Of a stretch of DNA of 64,000 bases, positions 9,993 through 18,038 are shown piece after piece. This DNA comes from an uncultured Clostridia bacterium (GTDB lineage Bacteria; Bacillota; Clostridia; TANB77; CAG-465). Location: NCBI GenBank assembly GCA_944388565.1, contig CALXJG010000004.1, positions 501 through 64,500 of the forward strand, written 5' to 3'. The notes below the pieces were generated by a model, which ran no database searches, had not been told where the DNA came from, and saw only the letters and a program-made list of their open reading frames with translations. The stretch's first letter is position 1; every line of letters starts with the position of its first letter. Made by a program: the position numbers and the translations under genes.

Positions 9993-11570
9993 ATGGACAT
10001 AGATAATGACGTAAAAAATATGCCTAAATTAAAGAAAAAGGGCGAAAAGAATATATTTGTTACGATATTTAAAATTGTAGCATTAATTATTGTTTTTGTA
10101 CTACAAGTAGCTATAATGCTTGCTCTTTATACAACAGCAAAAGGGCTATATACATATGCAAGACTTATATTTGATATTTTTAAAATAGTTGCAATACTTT
10201 ATTTATTATATCATCATGACAATTCTGCATATAAAGTATCTTGGATTTTGTTTATACTATTCTTTCCAGTAATTGGACTTGTAGCATATATATTATGGGG
10301 TAATAGTAAATTAAGAAAAAAGAAAGAGTTAGCTATTAGAAAAATAAGGGTAGAATCCGAAGATTTACTTAGAAATAGTGAAAATATTGCAAAAGAGCTA
10401 TATGATACAGATAGATATAAATATAATCAAATACAATATATGACAAAAGTAACAGGTTTTCCTGTATATAAAAATCAAGGATTAGAATATTTTGATATTG
10501 GTGAGAAATTTTTTGAAAGTTTAAAGAAGGATTTATTAAAAGCTGATAAATATATATTAATGGAATTTTTTATACTTTCAAAAGGAAAACTTTGGAATGA
10601 AATATTTGAAATATTAAAAGAAAAAGTAAAACAAGGCGTTAAAGTAGAAATGATACTTGACTCTGTCGGATGTATTTTTAGATTACCTAAGGATTTTAAA
10701 AAGCAAATGGCGGATGCAGGCATAGAATTATATATGTTTAATCCATTTAGTATAGTTATAAATGGATATATAAATTATAGGGACCACAGAAAAGTAGTAG
10801 TAATTGATGGTAAAGTTGCATATACAGGTGGAGTTAACTTAGCTGATGAATATGCAAATATTATTGAAAGATTTGGTCATTGGAAAGATGGTGGAATTAG
10901 AATTAAAGGAAGGGCTGTTTGGAGTTATACTTTAATATTCCTAAGAGATAAAGAAGAAATTTCAAATATGCCTGCAAATTATGAACTGTACCAGAATAAA
11001 GAGGAAGATAAAGAAAAAACAGAAGGATATGTACTACCATGTTCTGATGGACCAGATAATAGAAAAAATCCAGTTGAGAATATTTTTATACAAACAATAA
11101 ATTATGCAAAAGACTATGTATATTTAACTACTCCATATTTTGTTACAAGTGAAACATTACTTACAGCTATACTTAATGCAGCAAGAAGCGGTATTGATGT
11201 AAGGGTTGTAACTCCTCATATACCAGATAAGAAAATAATACAAATAGTAACACGTTCATATTATGAAGTACTATTAGAGGCTGGAGTTAAAGTATATGAA
11301 TATAAACCTGGGTTTATACATTCAAAAACTTTAGTTTCTGACGATAATACATCAATCGTTGGTACTGCAAATCTTGATTATAGAAGTATGCATTTAAATT
11401 TTGAATGTATAAATTGGTCATATATGACAGGGGTAGAAAAAGATATAAAGAAAGATTTTGAAGAAACAATAAAAAATTGTATTCCTATTACACTTGATGA
11501 GTGGAAAGTAAGACCAGTAACGCAAAAATGGTTAGAAGCTATATGTTCTGCTTTTTCGCCAATGTTATAG
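9993..11570 (+). CDS. cls: cardiolipin synthase
   Basis: 525 aa. N-terminal TM helices and two HKD motifs (HRKVVVIDGKVAYTGGVN; HSKTLVSDDNTSIVGTAN). Confidence 0.93.
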   Translation: MDIDNDVKNMPKLKKKGEKNIFVTIFKIVALIIVFVLQVAIMLALYTTAKGLYTYARLIFDIFKIVAILYLLYHHDNSAYKVSWILFILFFPVIGLVAYILWGNSKLRKKKELAIRKIRVESEDLLRNSENIAKELYDTDRYKYNQIQYMTKVTGFPVYKNQGLEYFDIGEKFFESLKKDLLKADKYILMEFFILSKGKLWNEIFEILKEKVKQGVKVEMILDSVGCIFRLPKDFKKQMADAGIELYMFNPFSIVINGYINYRDHRKVVVIDGKVAYTGGVNLADEYANIIERFGHWKDGGIRIKGRAVWSYTLIFLRDKEEISNMPANYELYQNKEEDKEKTEGYVLPCSDGPDNRKNPVENIFIQTINYAKDYVYLTTPYFVTSETLLTAILNAARSGIDVRVVTPHIPDKKIIQIVTRSYYEVLLEAGVKVYEYKPGFIHSKTLVSDDNTSIVGTANLDYRSMHLNFECINWSYMTGVEKDIKKDFEETIKNCIPITLDEWKVRPVTQKWLEAICSAFSPML

Positions 11571-11619
11571 TAAAAAACAACAAATCTATTATAAATTTTG
11601 TTAAATAATTATATAAAAT

Positions 11620-11665
11620 ACCTTTAATTAGCATATATGTTAGTTAGAGGTGTTTTTTATTTTAA
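11620..11665 (+). terminator. rho-independent terminator after cls
   Basis: ACCTTTAATTA / TAGTTAGAGGT stem (11 bp, including 2 G-U) followed by GTTTTTTATTTT. Confidence 0.6.
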
Positions 11666-11675
11666 TTAAGTTTAA

Positions 11676-11692
11676 ATGCAAAAAAAATGCAT
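11676..11692. promoter_or_regulatory. palindrome ATGCA-N7-TGCAT, copy 1, just upstream of the -35
   Basis: ATGCAAAAAAAATGCAT read directly from the sequence. Confidence 0.4.
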
Positions 11693-11698
11693 ATGTTA

Positions 11699-11727
11699 TT
11701 GACTTTAGCACATAATAATAGTATAAT
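11699..11727 (+). promoter_or_regulatory. sigma-A type promoter of the ATPase/RloB operon
   Basis: TTGACT (11699-11704), 17-nt spacer, TATAAT (11722-11727). Confidence 0.6.
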
Positions 11728-11736
11728 ATTAAAAAA

Positions 11737-11755
11737 CATGCAATAAAATTGCATG
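11737..11755. promoter_or_regulatory. palindrome CATGCAAT-AAA-ATTGCATG (contains ATGCA-N7-TGCAT, copy 2), just downstream of the predicted +1
   Basis: Perfect 8-bp arms, located between the -10 and the RBS AAAGGAG. Could act as a DNA operator or as a 5'-UTR hairpin. Confidence 0.4.
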
Positions 11756-11770
11756 ATGAAAGGAGACGGT

Positions 11771-13075
11771 ATGCTGTTAGAGTTTAAAATGAAAAATTTT
11801 AAATCTTTTAGAAATGAAGTGGATTTTAAAATGACTCCAGCTAGAATAAAAGACTTGGAATATAGTCTAATTACTAAAAAAATAAAAGGAAATGATGTAA
11901 AAGCTTTATCGTCAGCTGCTATATATGGACCAAATTCATCAGGAAAAACAAATTTAATTGGAGGAATGGAAGTATTTCGCTCTATTATATTAAGTGGTAA
12001 TATAATGAATAAAGAAAATAGCATAAGTCCTAATACAGCTGTAAGCAACTTAGAATTAATACCTAATATAAAAAGTAGAAAAAATGAACCTGTAAGTTTT
12101 TATATAAAATTTGTATCTCAAGAATTAATGATAGAATATAAAATTGCAATAGAATTAGGAAAGTTCCTCGAACCTAATTATAACAGAAAGATTGTAGAAG
12201 AAGAATTATACATAAATAATGTATTAATATATGAAAGAAATAGTCAATTAAAAATAGGAAAAATAGAAGAAATAAAAGAATATCTTATAGAGAACTTTTC
12301 AAATGATGCGGCAGAAAAAATTTCCAAAACAAATTTAGATGATAAGGAATTATTCTTAAATGGAATGTTTAAAACATTATATAGTAAGAAAATATATGAT
12401 ATTATTTATGAATGGTTTAAAGAAAAGTTTAGAATTATATATCATGCCGACAAAATGCAAATTTTACCAATTATATCTAATAATAACAATGATAAAAAAT
12501 ATTATATAGATAAGACATTAAATAAAGCCTTAAATGATTTTGGGCTAACGTCAAGAAGCATTGCATATCCAATAAATAACGATAAAGAACAAACAGATCC
12601 ACTTTCAATAATTGAATTAGATGATGGAAATGTTATTTTACCAGCTGAAGTCTTTGAATCATTTGGTACTATTAGATTTTTAAATGTTTTTCCATTAATT
12701 ATCATGGCTATAAAAAAAGGGATAACATTAGTTATTGACGAACTAGATGCTTCAATTCATCCTATGGCAATTATGAATATTATTAATATTTTTCATAATG
12801 ATGAAATTAATAAAAAAGGAGCACAATTAATTTTTAATACACATAATCCAATATTTTTAAATAATTCTTTATTAAGAAGAGATGAGATAAAATTTGTTGA
12901 AAAAGAACTTAATGGTAGTATACATTATTCATTATCGGATTTTAAAACTAATGGAGAAAAAGGTGTAAGAAACTCTGAAGACTATATGAAAAACTATTTT
13001 ATTAACAAATATGGAGCAATAAGAAATATTGATTTTTCAAATGTTTTTTATAATATGGAAGGAGATGATAAATGA
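11771..13075 (+). CDS. ABC/SMC-like AAA ATPase (AAA_15/AAA_21 type), AbiLi/OLD-ATPase-like
   Basis: 434 aa from the ATG at 11771 (AGGAGA RBS; the ORF track starts 18 nt earlier). Walker A GPNSSGKT, long helical insert, Walker B LVIDELDASIHP and H-loop FNTHNP. Confidence 0.85.
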   Translation: MLLEFKMKNFKSFRNEVDFKMTPARIKDLEYSLITKKIKGNDVKALSSAAIYGPNSSGKTNLIGGMEVFRSIILSGNIMNKENSISPNTAVSNLELIPNIKSRKNEPVSFYIKFVSQELMIEYKIAIELGKFLEPNYNRKIVEEELYINNVLIYERNSQLKIGKIEEIKEYLIENFSNDAAEKISKTNLDDKELFLNGMFKTLYSKKIYDIIYEWFKEKFRIIYHADKMQILPIISNNNNDKKYYIDKTLNKALNDFGLTSRSIAYPINNDKEQTDPLSIIELDDGNVILPAEVFESFGTIRFLNVFPLIIMAIKKGITLVIDELDASIHPMAIMNIINIFHNDEINKKGAQLIFNTHNPIFLNNSLLRRDEIKFVEKELNGSIHYSLSDFKTNGEKGVRNSEDYMKNYFINKYGAIRNIDFSNVFYNMEGDDK

Positions 13076-13740
13076 TAAGAAAAATATGTAATCAATATTA
13101 TTTATCAGTAGAAGGTGAGACAGAGAAATGGTATTTTGAACATTTGCAAGAGTTGATAAATAATTCTAAAGAAATACCATTTAAAGTTAGTTTTGATATA
13201 AAAGTAAATAAATCAATTATAAGTAGAGCCAAGTCGATACCAGCTATATATCCTACTAAGGCATTTCATATATGCGATTATGAAAGTAATGATAAGGTAC
13301 ATAAGTTACAGTTTGAAAAAATATTAGAAGAGTTAAGAACAGTAAAAAAAATAAATAAAAAAATTAGTTATAAACTAGGGTATAGTAATTTTTCTTTTGA
13401 GTTGTGGATTATTTTGCATAAGAATCAACAAATGAGTCTTGTTAGTCATAGGAAACAATATGTAAAAGGAATTAATAAAGCGTTTAATGAAGATTTTCAG
13501 TTTATTGATGATTATAAGCAGGAGAAAAACTTTAAAAGAATACTTAAGAAGATAACTTTAGAGGATGTTGTTTTAGCAATAAATAATGGAAATAAAATTA
13601 GAACAATGAATAAAGAAAACTCAAAACAAAACTATAGAAAATATGGACAATTTGAATATTACACTAAAAACCCTGATATAACTGTTAATGAATGTGTTGA
13701 ACAAATATTAAAAGAATGCGGTGCAATAAAAAAGAATTAA
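13072..13740 (+). CDS. RloB-like (TOPRIM-like) protein, AbiLii-like partner of the ATPase
   Basis: 222 aa. ATGA start/stop overlap with the ATPase gene. LSVEGETEKWYF, ICDYES and YSNFSFELWIILH match my recollection of the RloB-like pattern (CEGExTExxYF ... SNPCFELWxxLH). Confidence 0.72.
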   Translation: MIRKICNQYYLSVEGETEKWYFEHLQELINNSKEIPFKVSFDIKVNKSIISRAKSIPAIYPTKAFHICDYESNDKVHKLQFEKILEELRTVKKINKKISYKLGYSNFSFELWIILHKNQQMSLVSHRKQYVKGINKAFNEDFQFIDDYKQEKNFKRILKKITLEDVVLAINNGNKIRTMNKENSKQNYRKYGQFEYYTKNPDITVNECVEQILKECGAIKKN

Positions 13741-13810
13741 AAAAATAGTTGAAAATAAAAAAATATGATATATACTTATATAAATAGTTATATATTTAGG
13801 GAGGAGTATT

Positions 13811-14503
13811 ATGAATAACAAAAGAAAAAATATTTTAATTGTAATATTTGTTATTACTACAATTGCTGCCTCATGCATTGCTGTATATTTATACATTTCT
13901 TCTGATAAAGAAAAACAACAATTATCACAAAATATAGCAAATTTAAAAACTGAATATGAAGAAAAAATCAATGAGATTAATGTAAATAATGAAAATAATG
14001 AGAAAGATAAAAATGAGTCTAATGAAATATTACAAAAAAATATGGATAAAATCGCAAGAGTTACAATAGAAGATTTTTTAAATTTAAATGCTATTATGTT
14101 TTATGGCGAGCCTGGTCTTTTTTTGATCGAATACTTAGATTTTTATGATAGTTTAGAAGAATTAGATAAAAATACAAAAGATGGCGTAACTAATTTAAAG
14201 TATGAAGATGTTATCTCAGAGCTAGAAAATTACGCTACAAGAGAATTCCTTGATAGTAAATATTATAATTTATATTATACTAATGAGAATGGATATTTAA
14301 AACTACTAGCTGGTGGTGCTACTGGAAGTAGCCATAAAGTTATTAAAGTAGAACTTGTTTCTAAAGATAATGATGAATATACGTATAGTTATACTGATAG
14401 AATATCTGTAGTAAATGGAAGTTTTGAAGAACAAACAAGTACTATTAAAATAAAAAATGTAGATAATAAGTTTGTTGTATCAGAATATAACAGAGAAAAA
14501 TAA
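13811..14503 (+). CDS. hypothetical membrane-anchored protein
   Basis: 230 aa. One N-terminal TM helix (ILIVIFVITTIAASCIAVYLYI), then a coiled-coil/low-complexity linker and a C-terminal globular region. GGGAGG RBS. Confidence 0.6.
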   Translation: MNNKRKNILIVIFVITTIAASCIAVYLYISSDKEKQQLSQNIANLKTEYEEKINEINVNNENNEKDKNESNEILQKNMDKIARVTIEDFLNLNAIMFYGEPGLFLIEYLDFYDSLEELDKNTKDGVTNLKYEDVISELENYATREFLDSKYYNLYYTNENGYLKLLAGGATGSSHKVIKVELVSKDNDEYTYSYTDRISVVNGSFEEQTSTIKIKNVDNKFVVSEYNREK

Positions 14504-14519
14504 TTATATATAAATATAT

Positions 14520-14562
14520 ATTGATATGAAAATTGTTAAATGTTTTCATATCAATATTTTTC
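14520..14562 (+). terminator. rho-independent terminator
   Basis: ATTGATATGAAAA / TTTTCATATCAAT perfect 13-bp stem followed by ATTTTT. Confidence 0.85.
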
Positions 14563-14630
14563 TATTTGCTTGCTAAATATTGTATAAATGTGTTAATATA
14601 TAATATATTATTAATTGGAGGAATAAATAT

Positions 14631-15812
14631 ATGACTAATAAAGTATATAGTAATATAAAACCAGGAGATGGTAAAATAGCATTATCACTTGAAGGTGGTG
14701 GAGCAAGAGGTGCATATCAAATCGGTGCTGTAAAGGCTTTATTTGAAAATGGGTATAAATTTGATGCAATTGTAGGTACTTCTATTGGAGCCATAAATGG
14801 TGCATACATTGCTCAAGGTGATTTTGATAAAATATATTCAATGTGGCAAACTATGTCATTTAAAGATTTATTTGATTTAGATAATGAAGTAATGAAGAGG
14901 ACTTTTGATATAAATCTAGATATTAATTCTATAAAATATTTATCTAAAAAATTAGGAGAAGCATTAAAAAATAAAGGCATGGATACAGAAAAGATGAGAC
15001 AAATATTAGAAGAAGGAATAGATGAAGAAAAAATTAGAAATTCAGATATATTATATGGTCTTGTTACGATGTGTCTTAGCGATATTAATGGTGAAGAAAA
15101 ATATATTGATGAAATTCCAAAAGGAAAGTTAGTTGATTACATAATGGCAAGTGCTAATTTACCAGTTTTTAAAAGGTCAATAATTAATAATAAAAAGTAT
15201 CTAGATGGTGGAGCATGGGATAATTGCCCTGTTCATATGCTAGAGGAAAAAGGATATAATAAAGTAATAGCTATAAGAGCACATAAAAGAATCAGAATAA
15301 GAGATTACAAAAATATAGTAAAAAGAGGTAATATTCTAATTAATATGATTGAACCAATTGATACATTACCTAGCATATTGAATTTTGATACCAATAATTT
15401 AAATTATGAATTAAAGCTTGGCTATTATGATGGCTTAAGATATATAAATAATTATGATGGATTTAGATATTACTTTAGTGATGTAAGTAATGATTATATA
15501 ATACAAAAACTAAATAGTATTTCACCGTTATATTTAGAAAAGTTAGCCAGAAAACTTAAAATAAAACTAATTAAGTCTGAAAATATATTTGATCTTTTAA
15601 CTAAAAAAATAATACCCGAGTTAGTATTAAAAACTAAAGAAAAAAATGTGGAAAGTTTAAAAGATTCAATAATTGCAATTTTAGAGCAAGTATTAAAAGA
15701 TGAGAAAATAGATAAATTTAAAATATATAGTTTTGAAGATGCAGTTTCACTAATAGATGATAAATTATGTGAAAATGATATTCTAAAAGAATTTATATTA
15801 CAATTAAAGTAA
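14631..15812 (+). CDS. patatin-like phospholipase with uncharacterised C-terminal domain
   Basis: 393 aa. Oxyanion GGGARG, nucleophile GTSIGA and catalytic DGG (YLDGGAWDN). About 150 aa of the C-terminus is unassigned. Confidence 0.9.
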   Translation: MTNKVYSNIKPGDGKIALSLEGGGARGAYQIGAVKALFENGYKFDAIVGTSIGAINGAYIAQGDFDKIYSMWQTMSFKDLFDLDNEVMKRTFDINLDINSIKYLSKKLGEALKNKGMDTEKMRQILEEGIDEEKIRNSDILYGLVTMCLSDINGEEKYIDEIPKGKLVDYIMASANLPVFKRSIINNKKYLDGGAWDNCPVHMLEEKGYNKVIAIRAHKRIRIRDYKNIVKRGNILINMIEPIDTLPSILNFDTNNLNYELKLGYYDGLRYINNYDGFRYYFSDVSNDYIIQKLNSISPLYLEKLARKLKIKLIKSENIFDLLTKKIIPELVLKTKEKNVESLKDSIIAILEQVLKDEKIDKFKIYSFEDAVSLIDDKLCENDILKEFILQLK

Positions 15813-15855
15813 TTTTTTTAGTTGTCACCCCATAGATTATTTATGAGGTGGTTTT

Positions 15856-16635
15856 ATGGAAAAGTATTGTATTGTTGGTACGGATGACAGAAGCAATTAT
15901 ATAAGAAAGCTATATATAAATGAAAATATAAATATTGTAGATTTTGAAGAAGCAGATTATATAATATCATCAGTTCCTTTTACAAGAGATTTAATACATT
16001 TAACAAGTACTAATATAAAATGTGATGAGTTCATAGAAAAAATAAAGGGTAAAACTCTTTTTACTGGTGCTATAAAAGAGGAAATAAAGCCAAAACTAAA
16101 AGATGTAACATATTATGATTTAATGAGAATTGATGAAGTTGCAACACTAAATGCTATACCAACTGCAGAAGGAGCAATATGTGAAGCAATAAAAAACTCT
16201 AATACTGTACTTAGTGGAAAGAATGTATTAGTAATGGGATATGGAAAAGTAGGCAAAGTGCTTTCTCAAAAATTAAATGGAATTGGATGTAATGTATATT
16301 GTGAAGCAAGAAAAGAAAGTGACTTGGCAATGATTGAAGCAATGGGATATAATAGTATACATCTTAATACCTTAGATAACTATTTAAAAGATATGGATTA
16401 TATTTTTAATACAATTCCACTTATGATGTTAAATGAAGAAAGGTTAAGGTTATTAAAAGAGGATGTATTAATTATAGATCTTGCATCTAATCCGGGTGGA
16501 GTAGATTTTGATATAGCAAACAAATTAAATAGAAAGGTTGTTTGGTCTTTATCATTACCTAGTAAAGTAGCACCTAAATCAGCTGCAATATATTTGAAGT
16601 CTACAATAGATAGAATAATTAAAGAAATAGAATAG
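15856..16635 (+). CDS. dpaA: dipicolinate synthase subunit A
   Basis: 259 aa. NAIPTAEGAI, GYGKVGKV Rossmann motif, FNTIPLMMLN, IIDLASNPGGVDF and SLPSKVAPKSAA are collinear with B. subtilis SpoVFA. Confidence 0.85.
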   Translation: MEKYCIVGTDDRSNYIRKLYINENINIVDFEEADYIISSVPFTRDLIHLTSTNIKCDEFIEKIKGKTLFTGAIKEEIKPKLKDVTYYDLMRIDEVATLNAIPTAEGAICEAIKNSNTVLSGKNVLVMGYGKVGKVLSQKLNGIGCNVYCEARKESDLAMIEAMGYNSIHLNTLDNYLKDMDYIFNTIPLMMLNEERLRLLKEDVLIIDLASNPGGVDFDIANKLNRKVVWSLSLPSKVAPKSAAIYLKSTIDRIIKEIE

Positions 16636-16640
16636 TAAAT

Positions 16641-16680
16641 AAACTGCCACTTAAAATATTTTAGGTGGTAGTTTTAATAT
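16641..16680 (+). terminator. hairpin terminator after dpaA
   Basis: AAACTGCCACTTAAAA / TTTTAGGTGGTAGTTT, 16-bp stem including 2 G-U. Weak T-tract. Confidence 0.55.
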
Positions 16681-16732
16681 ATTATATTTACTTTTATGTT
16701 ATTGGTATGTTAAAATAATTATAGGTGAGATT

Positions 16733-17179
16733 ATGCAATACATTATAATATTACAAGACTCTGACTTAGATATGGAAATGGCTGCAATAGCTTATGCACA
16801 TTTTATAACAAAGGTGGGGTATAAAGGCTATGTATATAATAGTTTGAAAAAAGATAGTAAATATTATACAGAAAGTATATCGGATGATAGTAAATATATA
16901 GTGATGTGTAAAGAAAATATAGACATTAAACATGATAAAACAAAAGTTATGGAAATTATAACTAACCATAATATTAATACATCTGAATTTAAAGAGGCAA
17001 ATTTAACTTATGTAGATAATATGTGCATATGTACATATATGGCTAAAATGTATCTAAAAGAGAAGGTTAGTATTAATAAAGATATTTTAGATATACTAAT
17101 AAGTGGAATTGAAAAAGTAAATAAAAAAACAGATGAAGATGTATATATTTTAAATTATTTAAAAGGAGTAAAAATATGA
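16733..17179 (+). CDS. hypothetical protein, translationally coupled to folD
   Basis: 148 aa with no recognisable motif. It is not DpaB, because it lacks the flavoprotein GxTGS motif. Its stop overlaps the folD ATG (ATGA). Confidence 0.5.
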   Translation: MQYIIILQDSDLDMEMAAIAYAHFITKVGYKGYVYNSLKKDSKYYTESISDDSKYIVMCKENIDIKHDKTKVMEIITNHNINTSEFKEANLTYVDNMCICTYMAKMYLKEKVSINKDILDILISGIEKVNKKTDEDVYILNYLKGVKI

Positions 17180-18012
17180 TTATTGATATAAATACTATTA
17201 TAGAAGAAAAAAAGATGAATTTAAAGAAAAAAATTGAAAAGTTAAATAATTCTGGTATTTATCCTAAACTTGCTGTTATAGTTGCATCTGATGATGAAGC
17301 TTCTAAAATATATATAAAAAACAAGAAGAAAATATGTGATGAACTTGGAATTTTACAAGAAGAATATAGTTTTATTTCTTCTACATCTGAAGATGAAATA
17401 ATTAGTTTAATTAAAAATTTAAATGAAGATTCTACTGTTCATGGTATTTTAGTACAATTACCATTGTTTAAACATTTAAATAAATTTAAAATATTAGATT
17501 CTATTTGTTATAAAAAAGACGTTGATGCTTTTAGTAGAAATTGTAGTAGTGATATTTACTTAGGAATAGAGAATATATTACCTTGTACTCCAAAGGGAAT
17601 AATAAGTATATTAGATAATCTTAATGTTGCTTATGAAGGAGCAAATGCTGTTGTAATTGGAAGGAGTAATATAGTTGGTAAGCCAATTGCTCTTGCACTT
17701 TTAAACAGAAACTGTACTGTTACAATATGCCATAGAAAAACAAAAGATTTAGAAAAATATACTAAAGAGGCAGATATACTTATAGTTTCTGCTGGTAGTC
17801 CACATCTTGTTAAAGCAAATATGGTAAAGGAAGGTGCCACTATAATTGATGTTGGAATTAATAGAGAAAATGGTAATATAATTGGAGATGTTGATACAAA
17901 AGAGGTATCAAAAAAGGCTGATGTTACTCCCGTACCTGGTGGAGTAGGCAAAATGACTGTTATTTCTCTAATTGAAAATTTAGTTTATATTACAGAAAAA
18001 GAAACGAAGTGA
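17176..18012 (+). CDS. folD: bifunctional methylenetetrahydrofolate dehydrogenase/cyclohydrolase
   Basis: 278 aa. HGILVQLPL, VVIGRSNIVGKPIA and TPVPGGVGKMT. Confidence 0.95.
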   Translation: MIIDINTIIEEKKMNLKKKIEKLNNSGIYPKLAVIVASDDEASKIYIKNKKKICDELGILQEEYSFISSTSEDEIISLIKNLNEDSTVHGILVQLPLFKHLNKFKILDSICYKKDVDAFSRNCSSDIYLGIENILPCTPKGIISILDNLNVAYEGANAVVIGRSNIVGKPIALALLNRNCTVTICHRKTKDLEKYTKEADILIVSAGSPHLVKANMVKEGATIIDVGINRENGNIIGDVDTKEVSKKADVTPVPGGVGKMTVISLIENLVYITEKETK

Positions 18013-18036
18013 TTATATTTTAATCACTTCGCTTCT
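18000..18036. terminator. bidirectional terminator between convergent folD and the WG-repeat gene
   Basis: AGAAACGAAGTGATT / AATCACTTCGCTTCT (15 bp, 1 mismatch), with A/T runs on both sides. Confidence 0.75.
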
Positions 18037-18038
18037 TT

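Noticed and set aside
11662-12048. 128-aa minus-strand ORF overlapping the promoter and 5' end of the ATPase gene.
   Set aside because: It is antisense to a motif-bearing ATPase (the Walker A region), hydrophobic and low-complexity, and has no RBS. It would run through the cls terminator.
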